This document shows, piece by piece, positions 31,063 through 42,174 of a stretch of DNA of 64,000 bases. How positions within the stretch are numbered: the stretch's first letter is position 1; the number at the start of each line of letters is the position of its first letter. The stretch is taken from the IMG/VR virus record IMGVR_UViG_3300020583_000224, positions 32,001 to 96,000 of that record; one strand, 5' to 3'. The notes beneath the pieces are model-generated. The model was given only the letters and a program-made list of their open reading frames with translations, ran no database searches and had not been told where the DNA came from. The translations under genes and the position numbers were made by a program. The DNA is from a virus.

Positions 31063-34000
31063 CTACGAAGATTCCTCAACCATCCCCGGGTCGTCATCCG
31101 CATGCCCGGCAGCATGCGCCTCGGCCTCGCTGACGGCCAGCTCCCGCGTGGGGATCAGGTCTTTCGTCGTGTGCCCGCAGATCAGGCACGTCCAATACCA
31201 GTGATACAGCGTGCCGAGCTGCCTGCTGTACCGGAAGGCGTGCGGCCACACGCGGTACGTGGCGGGCTCGTACGTGACCTCGACGCGCCCATCCGGCCAC
31301 TGTGCGAGCGCTTCGAACCAGACCTCCGTGTAGTCCTGCGCGTGAACGCCTTCGGGCAGTACGGGCCACGCCGGCTTGGGGTTCGCGGCGCGCCAGGCGT
31401 CGATCGCGTCGGACGCGGCGCGGGCGGCATCGTCCTGACTCGTCACGAGCCATCACCGCCCGCCCGGTCAAGCTCTACCAGATCGGGGTGCGTTGCCATC
31501 TCGTCCCACCCGGCGTACAGGCCGAACGCACGCGGAGCATCCCGCCGCGGCACGAGCCATTCGAGGATCGCGCCGCACGGCAGCTTGTGGAGGGACTCGG
31601 CGAGCAGGGCGCCGTACACGGCCTCGCTGAACTGGATGTCGTGCTGCGGGATGTCGATCGCGAGGATCGGGCCGCGCGAGAGCGGGTTCACGGACGCGTG
31701 GAAGTGCACGTAGCAGCGGATCTCGGTGAGGATCCGTTCGCAGTCCGGGCCGCCGCGCATGAGGATGAAGCAGGCGGTGAACGCGGACGGGGCGGTCACG
31801 GCGCTTCCCCCGTCCCGCCGCCGATCCCCTCGATCCGGCCGACGTGGGCTTCGATCTCGCCGTCCGCATTCCGGCCGACCGACACAAGCGCGACCGTGCC
31901 GGGCGGCATGCGCTCATCGACGATGATGCGCCCCGCCCAGTCGACCTTGGCGTTCTCGAGCCCGTAGGTTGGGTCGACCGCGCGGTGGATCTTCGTCGGC
32001 AGTTCGTTCAGCACGTCGGCCGTGTGCGCGGCGAGTTGGTCGCGGAGGTCTTTCGGCACCCGGATGTCGGCGCACACGGTACTGGCGGCGTTCGCGTACT
32101 CGCGCGCCAGGTGCACGAGGATGTCGGTCAGCCGCCGGTTCGTCAGTTCGTCATCGTCCACGGGTTCAGGATCCCACCGTGCAGTCGGGGCACGGGATGC
32201 GCGGTACGGGCTGGACTCGCTGCCACGCCCAGCCGGTAGGCCAGTTCGCCCAGTCGCTGACCCAGCCGAGGTCGAGGCATCGGTGGCAGCGGAACGGCTC
32301 GATCGGCCGGCGCGGCAGGCCGACGGTCACGGCAGCCACGGCGCGTCCGTTAACGGCCGGTGGAAGAACGGCGTGCGCGGATCGGCAGTGGCACACCGGA
32401 CGCACTGGAGCACGGACGCGGTCTCGCCGCAGTAGCCGACCGCGAACACGGCTGGCGCGCCGCAAGCGCACGTGGGCTGTTCGTCGTCCTCGACCGCGTG
32501 CAGCCATCGCGTGCGGGGATGCCCGTCGGGTAGGGCGCTCTGGCTTGCTTCGACCGCGTTGATGGCCCGCGTGACGGCTTGCCGGTGCGCTGGCGTCCCT
32601 GGGTTCGGCCAGTCGAGGGCGAGTTGCTCAGCGGCGACCATGAGGGCGCGGACTGCGGCACCTCGGGCTTCGAGGTCCGGCTCGATCACGGCCATGACGG
32701 CGTCGGCTTGGGCTTCGGGGATCAGGACCCGGCATTCCTCGAGCGCCGCCACGATCCGGGCACGCAGGTCGTCGGTCACGGCGCGTCTCCGTCCTGGTAG
32801 GCGTGGTCGGGCGCGCCGTCGTCGCAGAGCACGCACCGGCCGTCGTGATGCGCAGAGCGCACGTGGTCGCATCCCGCGCACTTCGGTCGGGGTGGCCGGT
32901 CCGCGCCGACGATCGCCCAGCCGTGGCCCGGCCCGCAGTACGTCCACACCTGCCCGTCGTCGTCGGCGTGCTTCTGGTCGTACGCCGGGTCGGTGGGGAA
33001 GTCGCGGAAGTGGTACTCGTGCCACCAGAGCCCGAAGTTGACCTCGTCGCGTACCTTGGCCTGGTCTTCGGGCGCCAGGGAGGCGAACCAGGCTTCGAAA
33101 TCGGTCCCGGTCACGGCGCGATCCCTTCGGGCGTTGGCCGCTCGGTGACTACCGCACGCAGTTCGCGGGTGCCGACGAATCCGCGAGCGATCAACTGGTC
33201 CATGAGCCACTGCACATTGTCGGCCTCGGCGCGGGCCTTGTCGCGCTCGGCCTGCATGTCGTCGAGTTGCTTCAGCGCGGCGGCAATGTCGCTGCCGCGC
33301 AGCTCGTACGCCCGGTCGGCGTGGATGCGTTCGATGACGTCGCGGCCGGGCACGAGCCACACGTTGAGGAACGCCCGGAGACGGTCCACGGGGTCGTCGT
33401 GCAGGTCATCAGTCGCCATCAACGGCCTCTGTTCCACCAGGCGCCGTCGGTCGCGCTGGCATCGGATACGGGTAGCGGTGCCCGTCATGTCCGGCAGGGA
33501 GCGAGCATGGCTTGCAGCCCATCTCGGCGAGCATGTCCTCGGGTACGGCGCCGCAGATGGGCTCTTCACCGCGCCACGTGTAGTCAACGCGCACTGCCTT
33601 GATCTGCTCGATCGTCGCGTCGATCAGGTTCGGGTCGGGGTCGCCGGCGAGTGCGGTCTCGAGAAAGACGGCTGTTGCGACCTCGCGCCGGTTGATAGTG
33701 CGTATGAGCGCCTGGTGTTCGCGGGCCAAGAAACGGCGTGCGGCGGCGCGCGCGGGTTCCACCTGGTCCGGCGTCAGGCTTGCGGGCTGCAGGTCAGTCA
33801 TCGTTAGTCTCCGGTTCGGCGGTGAGCCAGTCGGGCAGCGCGTCAAGGCTCGCATGGCGCCCGACGAGCCAGTTCGCGCATGGGACGCCCGTGTAGTTGA
33901 TGAACATCCGCGCGATGTCGCGTGCGTGGTCCCGTTGCGCTTCGGTGACATCGGCGCGGACCGCTTCCGCCGTGGCCTCGCCGCGGGCGTCCACGATCTC

Positions 34001-34668
34001 CTGCCGCAGCCGGGCGACCTCGGTGTCCTGGCGTGCGAGCGAGTTGAGCAGTTCCCGGTTGGCGTCGAACGCGTAGGTGCGTTGACGGTCCGATATGTCG
34101 AGGTCGTCGAGCAGTTCGCTGACGGTCTTGCTGGGCCACGACATGTTGCCGGGGTCGTTCGCTATGGCCTGGCGCAGGCCGACGCGCTCATCGGGAGTCA
34201 CGACTCGTCCTCCCCAAGCGGCTTCCACGTGCCGTCAAGATACTTCCAGGCCAGCCGGACCGCCGTGTACAGCGACGACGCGGGAATCTCCTGGATCGAG
34301 ACGAGCTCCTTCGACCCGTCGCGGCCCGCTCGCAGCGCCTTGCGGATGTCCTGCCCGGTTATGGCCTTGGTGCGCGGGTTCTCGGGCTTGCGCGGCTCGA
34401 CTGGCGGAGGGTCGTAGGCGAGGGTCGCGGTCTGCCCGCACTCAGTGCATTCGACGCGCGTCGTGGACCAGGACAGGGTGCGCGGTTCGGTGCCGGGCGG
34501 GTCGCCGGTGTATTCGCTGGTCCAGTCGTGGGCGCCTTCGTCGCAGCCGGGGATGTGGATGGCGTCGGCGAGGTCGAGGAGCCGCCCGAACAGGACGGCG
34601 CGGTCCCATTCGGGGGACGGGGTTGCAGCTTTCTCGGCGCGGTCGGCCTCGGGGTCGGCGTTGGTCAT
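31063..34668 (-). other. leftward coupled hypothetical genes (31063-31446, 31443-31799, 31796-32161, 32327-32779, 32776-33114, 33111-33419, 33409-33801, 33794-34201, 34198-34668)
   Basis: GTGA/ATGA overlaps throughout. Confidence 0.65.
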
Positions 34669-34740
34669 GCAGTCCTCCAGGGTCTTGGTCCATGGTCGCG
34701 CGTCACGGCCTGTGCCCGCGCGGGTTTCGCGGCGGATCGT

Positions 34741-35247
34741 CTACGGTCGGCTCTCCGGGTTGATGTTGAGGCCGAGGAGCGCGGGATCAAGTTCGGTCTC
34801 GAACTCGCCCCAGGTGCGCCGTACGGTGACGACGATCTCAAGCTCCCCGGCGCTGGTGTTGTCGCGGATCTCGCCGCGCAGCATCGCAGCCAATTGTGCG
34901 TCGGTGGCGCGTTCGAGCGGCACGTATTCGCCGGTGATGCATTCGGTGCAGCCGCAGCCGTAGGGGTCGATCGCGATCGGCCACGGGGCGTCGTCTTGGA
35001 GGGCGGCGAGGCCGGGCGGGGAGATCAGGTAGTACTTGCGGATCGGCCGGTTGGCGCCAGCGCGGATCCACTCGTCCTGCGTCTCTGAGCGTCGGGCGAC
35101 GAGGCCTTCGGCTTCCATGCGGGCGAGGAGCGGGTAGATGGTGCCGGAGGGGCGGCCGGTGGTTTGGATGAGGTCGTAGCCGGACATTTCGTCGTCGGCG
35201 TTGTAGAGGGCGCGGAGGATGTCGCGGGCTGCGGGGGTCGTGTTCAT
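34741..35247 (-). CDS. PadR-family winged-helix regulator with Cys-rich C-terminal extension
   Basis: SGYDLIQTTGRPSGTIYPLLARMEAEGLV...RKYYLIS; imperfect palindrome CTAC-CTAT-GTAG (35268-35279) upstream. Confidence 0.85.
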   Translation of the reverse strand: MNTTPAARDILRALYNADDEMSGYDLIQTTGRPSGTIYPLLARMEAEGLVARRSETQDEWIRAGANRPIRKYYLISPPGLAALQDDAPWPIAIDPYGCGCTECITGEYVPLERATDAQLAAMLRGEIRDNTSAGELEIVVTVRRTWGEFETELDPALLGLNINPESRP

Positions 35248-35323
35248 CGGGCTCACAACACAGTAGACTACCTATGTAGAGACTTGATCGCCAGTGGATT
35301 CCGGCTACCCACCGCTGCAACTT

Positions 35324-35431
35324 GGCCAGTCCACGGCCCACCCCGTGACCTGCACCAACACAAACCGGGTCTCGCGAAACCGCAGGTGGCACTCCGCGGC
35401 TGGCCGGGCAGGGGGCAAGCATCGGCCCGCC
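35324..35431. repeat. 108-bp dispersed direct repeat, copy 2
   Basis: Ungapped homology to 13031-13138. Confidence 0.8.
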
Positions 35432-35637
35432 TGCGTCAGCCCGTCACCACCGCGGTCTCCGGAGCCGCGGTATCCACCGCTGCACCCGGTTGGCGGCCGA
35501 CACGTGCTCGAGCCACGCCATGTGGTTGTCGCTGCGCGGTACACGCTCGAGCGTGTACCAGGATCCGACCCAGCCGCGGGTCACGTAGTGGATGTGCGCC
35601 TCGGCCGGGCAGGCGCGGGTGCAGCGGGTACGGCCGG

Positions 35638-36984
35638 TCACCAGAGCCCGCACGCCCGCCACAGCCCGACCGCGACAGCCTCCATGCCGTGCTCGACGAG
35701 CCAGCAGCCGATGACGTCCACGCGCCGCGTGGCCCGCAACCGCACCCGGGTCTTCAACGGCAGCGGCAGGCGGCGGGACACCTTGCCGGACGCGTGCAGG
35801 AACAGGTAGGGCGCGGGAGGTCGTCTCACGAGTCGCATGGCTTCAGTGTGCCGCAGACTTGTGCTTGACCTGCCCCGGGTCGAAGTCGGTGACCCACTTC
35901 TCGTCGTTCGGGTCCTCGAACTCGACGTACACGGAGAAGCTGTAGGGCACGCCGTCGAGGCCGATGTTCGGACCGGCCGAAACGACGATGCCGTCGCGCA
36001 CGTCTGCAAGGTAGCCGCCGCCTGCGTACATGGAGACTTCGACCTCGTCGCCTGGGTTGAACTCGGTCACCATGCTGGCCCCTCGCACCTTCCGTAGTAG
36101 ACGTCGTATCCGACCGCGCCCTCAACGGTCAGGATCCCGGCCGCGGCTTCGTCCCCGGCCTGGACGTATCCGACGTAGTTCGGGTCGCTGATCGCGTCGG
36201 GCGTGGGCGGGACACCGAACACGCCGACACCGAGGTCGGTCTCGAGTTCCGCGCGGGTGACGATCCCGCGCTGGCACCGGAGGCGCATCACGTCGTCGGC
36301 CGTCGTCTCGCCGCGATCCGTCCGATGTCGAGCCGGTCACGTTCCAGCCGCTCCTCAAGTTGTACCAGCGTGGACGGGACGAACGCGTCGCAGTCGCACC
36401 GTCCGTAGTGCGTGCCGCCGGGCAGTTCGCGGGCGACGCTGGCCGCGCACGGACCGCGCTCATGGGAGGCGTAGTGGTGGCGGCAGTTCTCGCAGCCGAT
36501 TGGCAGGTACATCGCGCAGTCGGCGCACACGAACCCGCCGCCGGTGAACCGGACGTACGGGTCCTTCAGTTCGCCGCAGCGGAAACAGGCCTCGGTCACG
36601 TCACTCATTGTCGCCGTCGGCGATCTCCCGCTGTCGCCGCTCGCATGCGGCCGTGTCCTTGCACAGCCACCGCGGCCCGGCGTTCGGCCCGTACTGGGGT
36701 CGTTGCGCGGGCATGTACACGTCGGCGACCGTCCAGTCGGCGTCGCACGCACTGCACCGGTAAGTCTTCGGGCGGCTGCCGCTGCGGTCGTGCTTCTCGC
36801 GCCACAGTTCGCTGTAGGCGGCGAGCAGGGCGCGCAGGTACGGGGTGAGGAACGCTTGGGTGAACTGGTCATGGCGCCCGGTCAGGTCCCGGGCTACGTA
36901 CCGGTTGAGGACGTCCACGGCCTGTTCGGGCGTGGGCGGCGGGGCGAGTTCGAACAGTTCGGTGTAGTCGTTGTCGACGGTCAT
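35638..36984 (-). other. leftward small genes (35638-35838, 35843-36073, 36067-36291, 36288-36608, 36601-36984)
   Basis: Coupled ORFs with zinc-finger-like motifs. Confidence 0.6.
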
Positions 36985-37281
36985 AGCTCAGTGTCCCGCG
37001 GCCGCGTCGTGACAGCGGCAGAGGCAGAACCGTGCGCAGTCCGCGCCGAGCGGCGTGAACCCGCCCTGGCAGCCGTGTTCGGCGTCGCCTCTGTCGTGTC
37101 GGCCGAGGACGCAGCGGATCGAGCGGGTGTAATCGAGGCGGATGCGCATGCGCTGATTGTCCCGCCACCGTTACCGGGCCGCCTCGTCGCCTGCCTGGTA
37201 ACGGTTGCGCAGCAAACCGCAGCCAGCCGACACCCCGTCAGTACAGTGCGTCCCGACACACTGACTCACCAGGGGGCAACC

Positions 37282-37788
37282 ATGGCTAAGCGTCCTACCG
37301 CACCATCGAACTCTGTCTCGTTCTGGACCGGGAGCGCGCTCGTGTACTTCGACGGCCACGACCTGACGATCAACCGGCCGTCCGGGTCGATCAAAGGCAT
37401 CGTGTCGTACCCCGTGGACCAGATCTCGGGTATCCAGATCACGAAGCCGCCACTGTCGCTGCACGTGTTCCGGATCCTGGTCGCGGGGGAGTCGGCGCCG
37501 CGCCGGTCGCAGGGGATGCTGGAGGTCGCACGGGACCCGTTCGCGGTCCAGTTCAACTCGAGGTGCAAGGCGGAGGCTGAGGCGGTCGCACAGGCCGTAC
37601 GCGACGCACAGGCGGCGCTGCGTGCCCCGGACCCGGCCGCGCCGCAGCCGGCCTCGGATGGTCTCGCCGGCCAACTTCAGCAGCTCGCCGCCCTCCACGC
37701 GCAGGGCGCGCTGTCCGACGCCGAGTTCGCTGCCGCTAAGGCGCGGCTGATCGGCGGGGCGCAGGACGAGACGCCGGGGGGTTGGTAG
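37282..37788 (+). CDS. DUF4429-like PH domain + SHOCT protein
   Basis: FDGHDLTI...PVDQISGIQITKP...DPFAVQF; C-terminal LAGQLQQLAALHAQGALSDAEFAAAKARLI SHOCT. Confidence 0.8.
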   Translation: MAKRPTAPSNSVSFWTGSALVYFDGHDLTINRPSGSIKGIVSYPVDQISGIQITKPPLSLHVFRILVAGESAPRRSQGMLEVARDPFAVQFNSRCKAEAEAVAQAVRDAQAALRAPDPAAPQPASDGLAGQLQQLAALHAQGALSDAEFAAAKARLIGGAQDETPGGW

Positions 37789-37838
37789 CACTTCGCCGCC
37801 TGGCGCACCTCGGGTAGATGTGCCAGGCGGCGAGTCTT

Positions 37839-38153
37839 CTACAGGGCGAGCGCCGAACGCAGCCCGGCCGCGACGCGCATCATTGTCTGCGGGGTCAGCG
37901 CTCCACCCTCGCGCTTAACCTCGTCCGGGAACAGTTCGAAGATGTCGTCGCACAGCACCCGGCCGACGAGCGGGTCCTGCGGGGCGAGTTCGACGATGCT
38001 CTCCAGCGCAGGCTTGCTGTCGGTCGTCGTGATGCGCACGACCAGCGCGGTGAGGAGCCGAGTGTTGCGCCCGTTGTTGCTCACGACCAGGAACGGCTTA
38101 TCACCCTGGCCGACGTCGGCGTAGTAGACACGCCCGCGCAGCAGCGCCGCCAT
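37839..38153 (-). CDS. mazF: MazF/PemK-family toxin (mycobacterial MazF4-like)
   Basis: RGRVYYADVG.G.KPFLVVSNN.RN...VVRITTT...MMRVAAGLRSALAL. Confidence 0.9.
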   Translation of the reverse strand: MAALLRGRVYYADVGQGDKPFLVVSNNGRNTRLLTALVVRITTTDSKPALESIVELAPQDPLVGRVLCDDIFELFPDEVKREGGALTPQTMMRVAAGLRSALAL

Positions 38154-38156
38154 GGG

Positions 38157-38450
38157 CTAGTCCTTCCCGCCGCGGCGGCGCTGGCGCATGATGGCGTGGA
38201 ACTCCCGGTCTTCGTCGGTTTGCGAGGCTGCAAGGGCGGCGTAGCCGTGTTCGGCGACGCGTTCCTTGATGACGCCGAGGCCGAGGCTGAGGGCGGCGTG
38301 CAGGGTGGCTGCTTCGGAGCGGACGGCGACTGGCCCGACTAGTTCGACGAGTGCCTGGTAGGCGGGGCTGCCCTGGTCGCGGGCGGCTTCGACTATGGCG
38401 AGCTCGTCGGGGTCGATGGGGACGTTCCTTCGGGTAGCATCCGTCTTCAT
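38157..38450 (-). CDS. probable cognate antitoxin
   Basis: Ends 3 bp upstream of the toxin; C-terminal GYAALAAS...RQRRR tail; TGGCACA direct repeats (38462-38468, 38474-38480) in its promoter. Confidence 0.7.
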   Translation of the reverse strand: MKTDATRRNVPIDPDELAIVEAARDQGSPAYQALVELVGPVAVRSEAATLHAALSLGLGVIKERVAEHGYAALAASQTDEDREFHAIMRQRRRGGKD

Positions 38451-38630
38451 GGCTCAAAGTCTGGCACAAATCGTGGCACACTGCTAGCGACATGCCATCA
38501 AAACGGGGGCCATTCTGATATCACCCCTGGTCACCACGGCGGCGTCCAGTCCACCAAGCGGCGCAGTCACGGCGTCTCGCCGTGCTCGAAGCGGGCGGCG
38601 AGGTGGATATTGGTCGGCCGAGTAGCCACG

Positions 38631-39584
38631 TCAGCCTCCGATGAACAGTTGCGGAAGCTGGGCAAGGGCGGAGCGGACTTCGCGGTGCCGCTCGCGACGG
38701 CCAGCCTCCGCGCGCACCGCAGCGTCGTAGGCGGCCTTGGCCGCTTCCCATCCCGCGTCACTCGCCCCGATCTCCTCGTCAAGCTTTGAGAGCCAGTCGA
38801 CGAGTTGAGATCGGGCTTCGACAACGCTCTCGACGTACATGCGCTGCTTCAGCAGCTCGAGGAGTGGTTCGCCGGCCGCGCGGAGTTCAGCCTCCATGAT
38901 CTCGTCGGTCGTGATGATCTGAAAGTCCGAGAAGTCGGGCGCCAGGGAGATCAAGACGCCATCAGAGATGGCCATGAGGATGAGTCTTTCCAGCTCCGAG
39001 GGACGCACCCCACGGTGCGGTGCCGCGCGGTGCTGCGTCAGCGGCTTCGTTGCCTCGGCTTCGGCGTGGGGGATGTCGAAGCCGAGGCAGGCCACCTTTC
39101 GGGCGGCAATCTGCCAGTTGGCCTGGACATGCACGCCGGTCTCGTCGTTGACGCTCTCGTCGATGGAAAGTGTCTCCGAGCGGGTCGTAACGAGGTCGTT
39201 GCAGCGGTTGAGCCGAGTGGACGTCGGCAGACCGTGGGCCATTCGGCTGACATGGTGTGCTAGTAGTGCGTCGGCCTCGGCGCAGATCAAGGTGCCGAAC
39301 GTGGCATCTTTCGCGACATGGGCGCGGCGAAGGTTCTCGCCTCGTTGCCAGACGATGTGCCAGTGGTCGTCACGCGTGCATCCTTCGGGGTGCCAGGTGA
39401 CGTGTCCCCAGGGGACGCCGTTGAGGGTGCCGTCCTCGGCGATCAGCGGCTCCTCGATCAGTTGCTTGAAGATGCCTTGGGTGACCTGCCGTGCTCCGAT
39501 GGTGAGGGTCTTCACCTCGACGGTCATCGTGGTCACGGACGCGTTGTGCACGGTGAGGCGCTTGCCGCTGGCGGGTTCGTTCAT
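38631..39584 (-). CDS. conserved-looking hypothetical protein
   Basis: AAGGAG RBS; VEVKTLTIGARQVTQGIFKQL...PWGHV.WH...LPQLFIGG. Confidence 0.7.
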   Translation of the reverse strand: MNEPASGKRLTVHNASVTTMTVEVKTLTIGARQVTQGIFKQLIEEPLIAEDGTLNGVPWGHVTWHPEGCTRDDHWHIVWQRGENLRRAHVAKDATFGTLICAEADALLAHHVSRMAHGLPTSTRLNRCNDLVTTRSETLSIDESVNDETGVHVQANWQIAARKVACLGFDIPHAEAEATKPLTQHRAAPHRGVRPSELERLILMAISDGVLISLAPDFSDFQIITTDEIMEAELRAAGEPLLELLKQRMYVESVVEARSQLVDWLSKLDEEIGASDAGWEAAKAAYDAAVRAEAGRRERHREVRSALAQLPQLFIGG

Positions 39585-39682
39585 GTCGCTGCTCCTTTGC
39601 TGGTTACGGGTCAGGCTTCTTATGCTGACGGCGCGCGCCGACAACGGCGTTCGCGCGTCAACTTCGACGCGCCCCTTGGGGG

Positions 39683-39921
39683 TGGACCACGAGTCATCCC
39701 CCCTTAGGGGGACCATGTGGTCCAGTGGTCCACCGCAGGTCAGAGGCTTGGATCTGGCAAGTGGTCCGCGAAAAGTGGACCACCCGTGATCGCAACTCTC
39801 TGACCTGGCCATATGGGGTGGTCCAGATCGCCGGTCCACCTGGTCCAAGCCTCTTTCAGTATGAGGGGACTGATTCGCGACGTGTGCTGACCTGCTGGAT
39901 CCCAATTGGCCCAGTGGACCA
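39683..39921. repeat. array of about 11 TGG(A/T)CCA-type motifs, candidate origin iterons
   Basis: Exact copies at 39683, 39718, 39726, 39776, 39819, 39841 and 39915; one-mismatch copies at 39709, 39762, 39832 and 39907; intergenic. Confidence 0.8.
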
Positions 39922-39946
39922 TCCGAGGTCAGGCGGCATATGAGAG

Positions 39947-41299
39947 TCACTCGTTCCCCTCGAATCGCAGGGCGTCCCACTCGGCCTTGTGCTCCTCCAG
40001 CGCCCGCTGAATGCTGCCCTTTGCGGCCTGGAGGATCTCGGCGAGGTCGCGCTGCGAGATCCGCGCCCCGGCCTCGACGCACGTCGCCTTTATGCGCAGC
40101 CAGAGCAGGTCCCTCTCGCGCGTCACGGCGGTCCACGGCCATGCCCCACCCATTTGCAGGATCATCGGCCACTCGCGTTCGTCGCGCTGTCCGCGCCAGT
40201 GCTGCAGCTCGCCCTCGGGGGAGAGGTAGATCCCGAACTCGGGCCAGCGGAGCCACAGGGACGCCCCGTATGGGCGGGTAGGCCGCTTCGCGCCGCCGCT
40301 CGCGTGCGGCGAGTGCGCCTCGAGGATGAGCGCGAACCCGTACTCGGTGCGCAGGCGGTCAAAGAGGCTGGCGGCGTTGCGCGCGGCGGCCTCAGGGTTC
40401 TTCGGGTCCTCGCTGATCAGCTTGTAGAGCGGTCCGCCGATTACGATGTCCGGGTCCACGGCCTTGACAGTCGCCTCGAGAGTTGCCGCATCCTTAGAGT
40501 CGGCTAGGTCGAAGCCAGCCGGGTGGATGACGAGGTGAAGTGCAAGCTTGTCGCTGCCCGTCGCTGCCACGAGAGAACGGATCTTGCGCTTCACTTGGCG
40601 GTCGCTGTTTTCCACGTCAAGCAGCAGCACCCGCAGGGGGGTGATGTCGGGTCCGCCAAACGGGTGGATGCCTGCGGCAAGCTGCACGGCCATCTGTCGC
40701 AGCAGCGTCGACTTTCCCTTGCCTTCCTGGCCCGTGAGGATGACGCGGTCGCCGCGTTCAAGCAGGCCCGGCACCAGCCAGTCGTACGGCTCGTCTTCGC
40801 CAGCGAGGAACTCGTAGATTGAGGGTGCGGGAAGCCCTTTGTGGCGGCGTCCGCCGTCGGTCTCCCGCTGGAAGTCGGCGAGGAACAGCCGCTCGGCCTC
40901 GGGCAGATCCTCGGGTCGGGTCTCCCGGTAGAGCTGAGCCAGCTTCATCGCGCGGCGTTCGCCCTTGCGGAGCTTGTCGGTGTCGCGCACGCGCTCGGCA
41001 TAGGCCCCAGCGTTGGCGGCGAACGGCACTGCCTGAGTGAGGTCGTGCAGGTATGCGGGTCCGCCAATCTTCTGGAGTTCTCCGCAGCGACTCAATTCAC
41101 CCGCGACGGTGACCATGTCCACGGGCTGGCTTTCGCCGTAGAGGTCGAGGATCGCGTTGAAGATCTTCTCGTGGCGGGGGTGGTAGAACTGGTCGCCGTC
41201 TTCGAGGACGCAGATGACCTCCGCGATCGCGTCGCGGCTGAGCATCATGCCGCCGAGCGTCGCCTGCTCAGCCTCGATGTCCTGAGGCGGCTCGTTCAC
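39947..41299 (-). CDS. DnaB N-terminal domain + AAA_25/RepA-type helicase + C-terminal HTH
   Basis: PPQDIEAEQATLGG...FYHPRH N-domain; DWLVPGLLERGDRVILTGQEGKGKS; VLLLDVEN; EAH; PYGAS; C-terminal ISQRDLAEILQAAKGSIQRAL. Confidence 0.85.
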   Translation of the reverse strand: MNEPPQDIEAEQATLGGMMLSRDAIAEVICVLEDGDQFYHPRHEKIFNAILDLYGESQPVDMVTVAGELSRCGELQKIGGPAYLHDLTQAVPFAANAGAYAERVRDTDKLRKGERRAMKLAQLYRETRPEDLPEAERLFLADFQRETDGGRRHKGLPAPSIYEFLAGEDEPYDWLVPGLLERGDRVILTGQEGKGKSTLLRQMAVQLAAGIHPFGGPDITPLRVLLLDVENSDRQVKRKIRSLVAATGSDKLALHLVIHPAGFDLADSKDAATLEATVKAVDPDIVIGGPLYKLISEDPKNPEAAARNAASLFDRLRTEYGFALILEAHSPHASGGAKRPTRPYGASLWLRWPEFGIYLSPEGELQHWRGQRDEREWPMILQMGGAWPWTAVTRERDLLWLRIKATCVEAGARISQRDLAEILQAAKGSIQRALEEHKAEWDALRFEGNE

Positions 41300-41415
41300 A
41301 GGGCGGTCTCCTCTGAAGCCGAGGCGAAGATCACGGGGTGGGTGGTGTTCCTGTTTTCCGGCGGACACGTACACTGACCGCGTAGCAACCGTGCTGCTAC
41401 AGCGGCATTGACACC

Positions 41416-42174
41416 GTGGCGCCACAGTTGATCGAGGAGGCGACCCGCCCAGTGGTACAGGACCCATCCCAGGTGAGCGCTCGGCAGATCGCCGCCGAAA
41501 TGAATGCGCGTATCGACGCAGGTGAACTTCGGCCCGGCGACACGCTGCCGACGGTGCGCGAGTTGATGGAGCAGTTCGGCGCGTCCACAAACACCGTTCA
41601 GCGCGCACTTCGCGAACTGAAGGACCGTGGGCTGATCAGCAAACTTGGACGCAACAACGTCGTTCGGCATCCGGTTCAGTTGGTCGAGCGATCGGCGGAC
41701 TACACGCGCCCGCTCGGCGAGGGCGAGCCGATCCCGCACAGGGACAAGCCTCGAATCACGGAGGTCGGCCCCACGGGCGCACCGGACTACGTTGCGGACC
41801 TCCTCGGCGTTGCGCCAGGCGACGTGGTGCTGGTCAGGCGTCGCACGATGATCCGCAACGAGGTCGAGCCCGTCGAGTTGGTCTCCTCGTTCTACCCGAT
41901 GGAGATTGCAGGCGGCACGGAACTCGCGAAGCGCGCGCTCGTGAAGGGCGGCTCGCCAACGGCGCTTGCCCGCCTGGGCTACTTGTCCGGACCGTCTACC
42001 GAGTGGGTGTTCGGCCGCCTCCCCACGCCGGGAGAAGCGGAGAGACTGAATCTCCCGGCCGGCGCTCCGGTACTCCGGATTCTTCGCCAGATTCGGACGG
42101 CCGAAGGACGCCCGCTCGAGGTGATCGAGATGGTGATGAGTGCCGAGCGGAACGTCTTGAGGTACGAGCTGTAG
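41416..42174 (+). CDS. GntR-family (HutC/UTRA) regulator, KorSA-like
   Basis: IDAGELRPGDTLPTVRELMEQFGASTNTVQRALREL winged HTH plus UTRA domain. Confidence 0.92.
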   Translation: MAPQLIEEATRPVVQDPSQVSARQIAAEMNARIDAGELRPGDTLPTVRELMEQFGASTNTVQRALRELKDRGLISKLGRNNVVRHPVQLVERSADYTRPLGEGEPIPHRDKPRITEVGPTGAPDYVADLLGVAPGDVVLVRRRTMIRNEVEPVELVSSFYPMEIAGGTELAKRALVKGGSPTALARLGYLSGPSTEWVFGRLPTPGEAERLNLPAGAPVLRILRQIRTAEGRPLEVIEMVMSAERNVLRYEL

